A stretch of 63,935 bases of DNA, counting the filler, from Octopus bimaculoides (Eukaryota), in assembly GCF_001194135.2 (NCBI RefSeq). It is 3 parts of 3 records of this genome, joined end to end, with 100 filler letters (N's around TTAATTAATTAA, not from the genome) between each part and the next. Parts side by side here need not be neighbours in the genome. Positions count along the whole stretch, not along the records: positions 46,763 to 63,935 come from NC_068981.1; 2 more parts are not named here. The stretch is one strand, 5' to 3'. Of this stretch, positions 63,824 to 63,935 are shown in pieces. How positions within the stretch are numbered: position 1 is the stretch's first letter; the number at the start of each line of letters is the position of its first letter. The position numbers and the translations under genes were made by a program. The notes under the pieces are model-generated. The model made no database searches and was not told where the DNA came from. It saw only the letters and a list, made by a program, of their open reading frames with translations.

Positions 63824-63935
63824 TGTTTCTTTATTAGCCACACAGAGCTCAACGTAGAAGGGACAAAATACAAATGTAGAGTTTTTCTTTTCGAGGGGGG
63901 CGAAAACAAAGCAGAAAAAAAACAAAAGTGGGGAC
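63687..63935 (-). mobile_element. Tx1-like LINE 3' end (63823-63935) followed on its sense strand by (TCTA)n/(TACC)n
   Basis: Minus strand reads ctctacatttgtattttgtcccttct..gctctgtgtggctaataagaaa then (ATCT)n; homologous to 7338-7436. Confidence 0.6.

Overview
This is AT-rich eukaryotic DNA from a gapped draft assembly. It is probably octopus or another cephalopod; that is an inference from the CORE-type and other tRNA-derived SINE families and the extreme microsatellite density. I found no intact host protein-coding gene, tRNA/rRNA gene or CRISPR array that I can support. Most long ORFs in the track are artefacts of microsatellites or N runs. The window is dominated by decayed mobile elements: Ty3/gypsy LTR elements, R4/Dong-type, RTE and Tx1-like LINEs, Penelope-like elements, several SINE families, Tc1/mariner, hAT-, piggyBac- and Helitron-type non-autonomous elements, and an unclassified TIR element. 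The strongest non-routine signal is a complete type I hammerhead ribozyme core on the minus strand at 742-873. It has a palindromic stem III and an 87-nt loop II that folds into a nested rod, and it sits in a probable Penelope-like terminal repeat. Other observations: serial pile-ups of different Dong-like 3' ends in (AAT)n arrays, Tx1-like tails tied to (TCTA)n, SINEs with swapped heads or tails, a 294-bp fold-back, and a 270-codon decayed reading frame of unknown origin. Two artificial 100-bp scaffold linkers bound a CpG-depleted block. All family names come from motif recognition by eye, not database searches. Element boundaries are approximate unless a TSD or TIR is cited.
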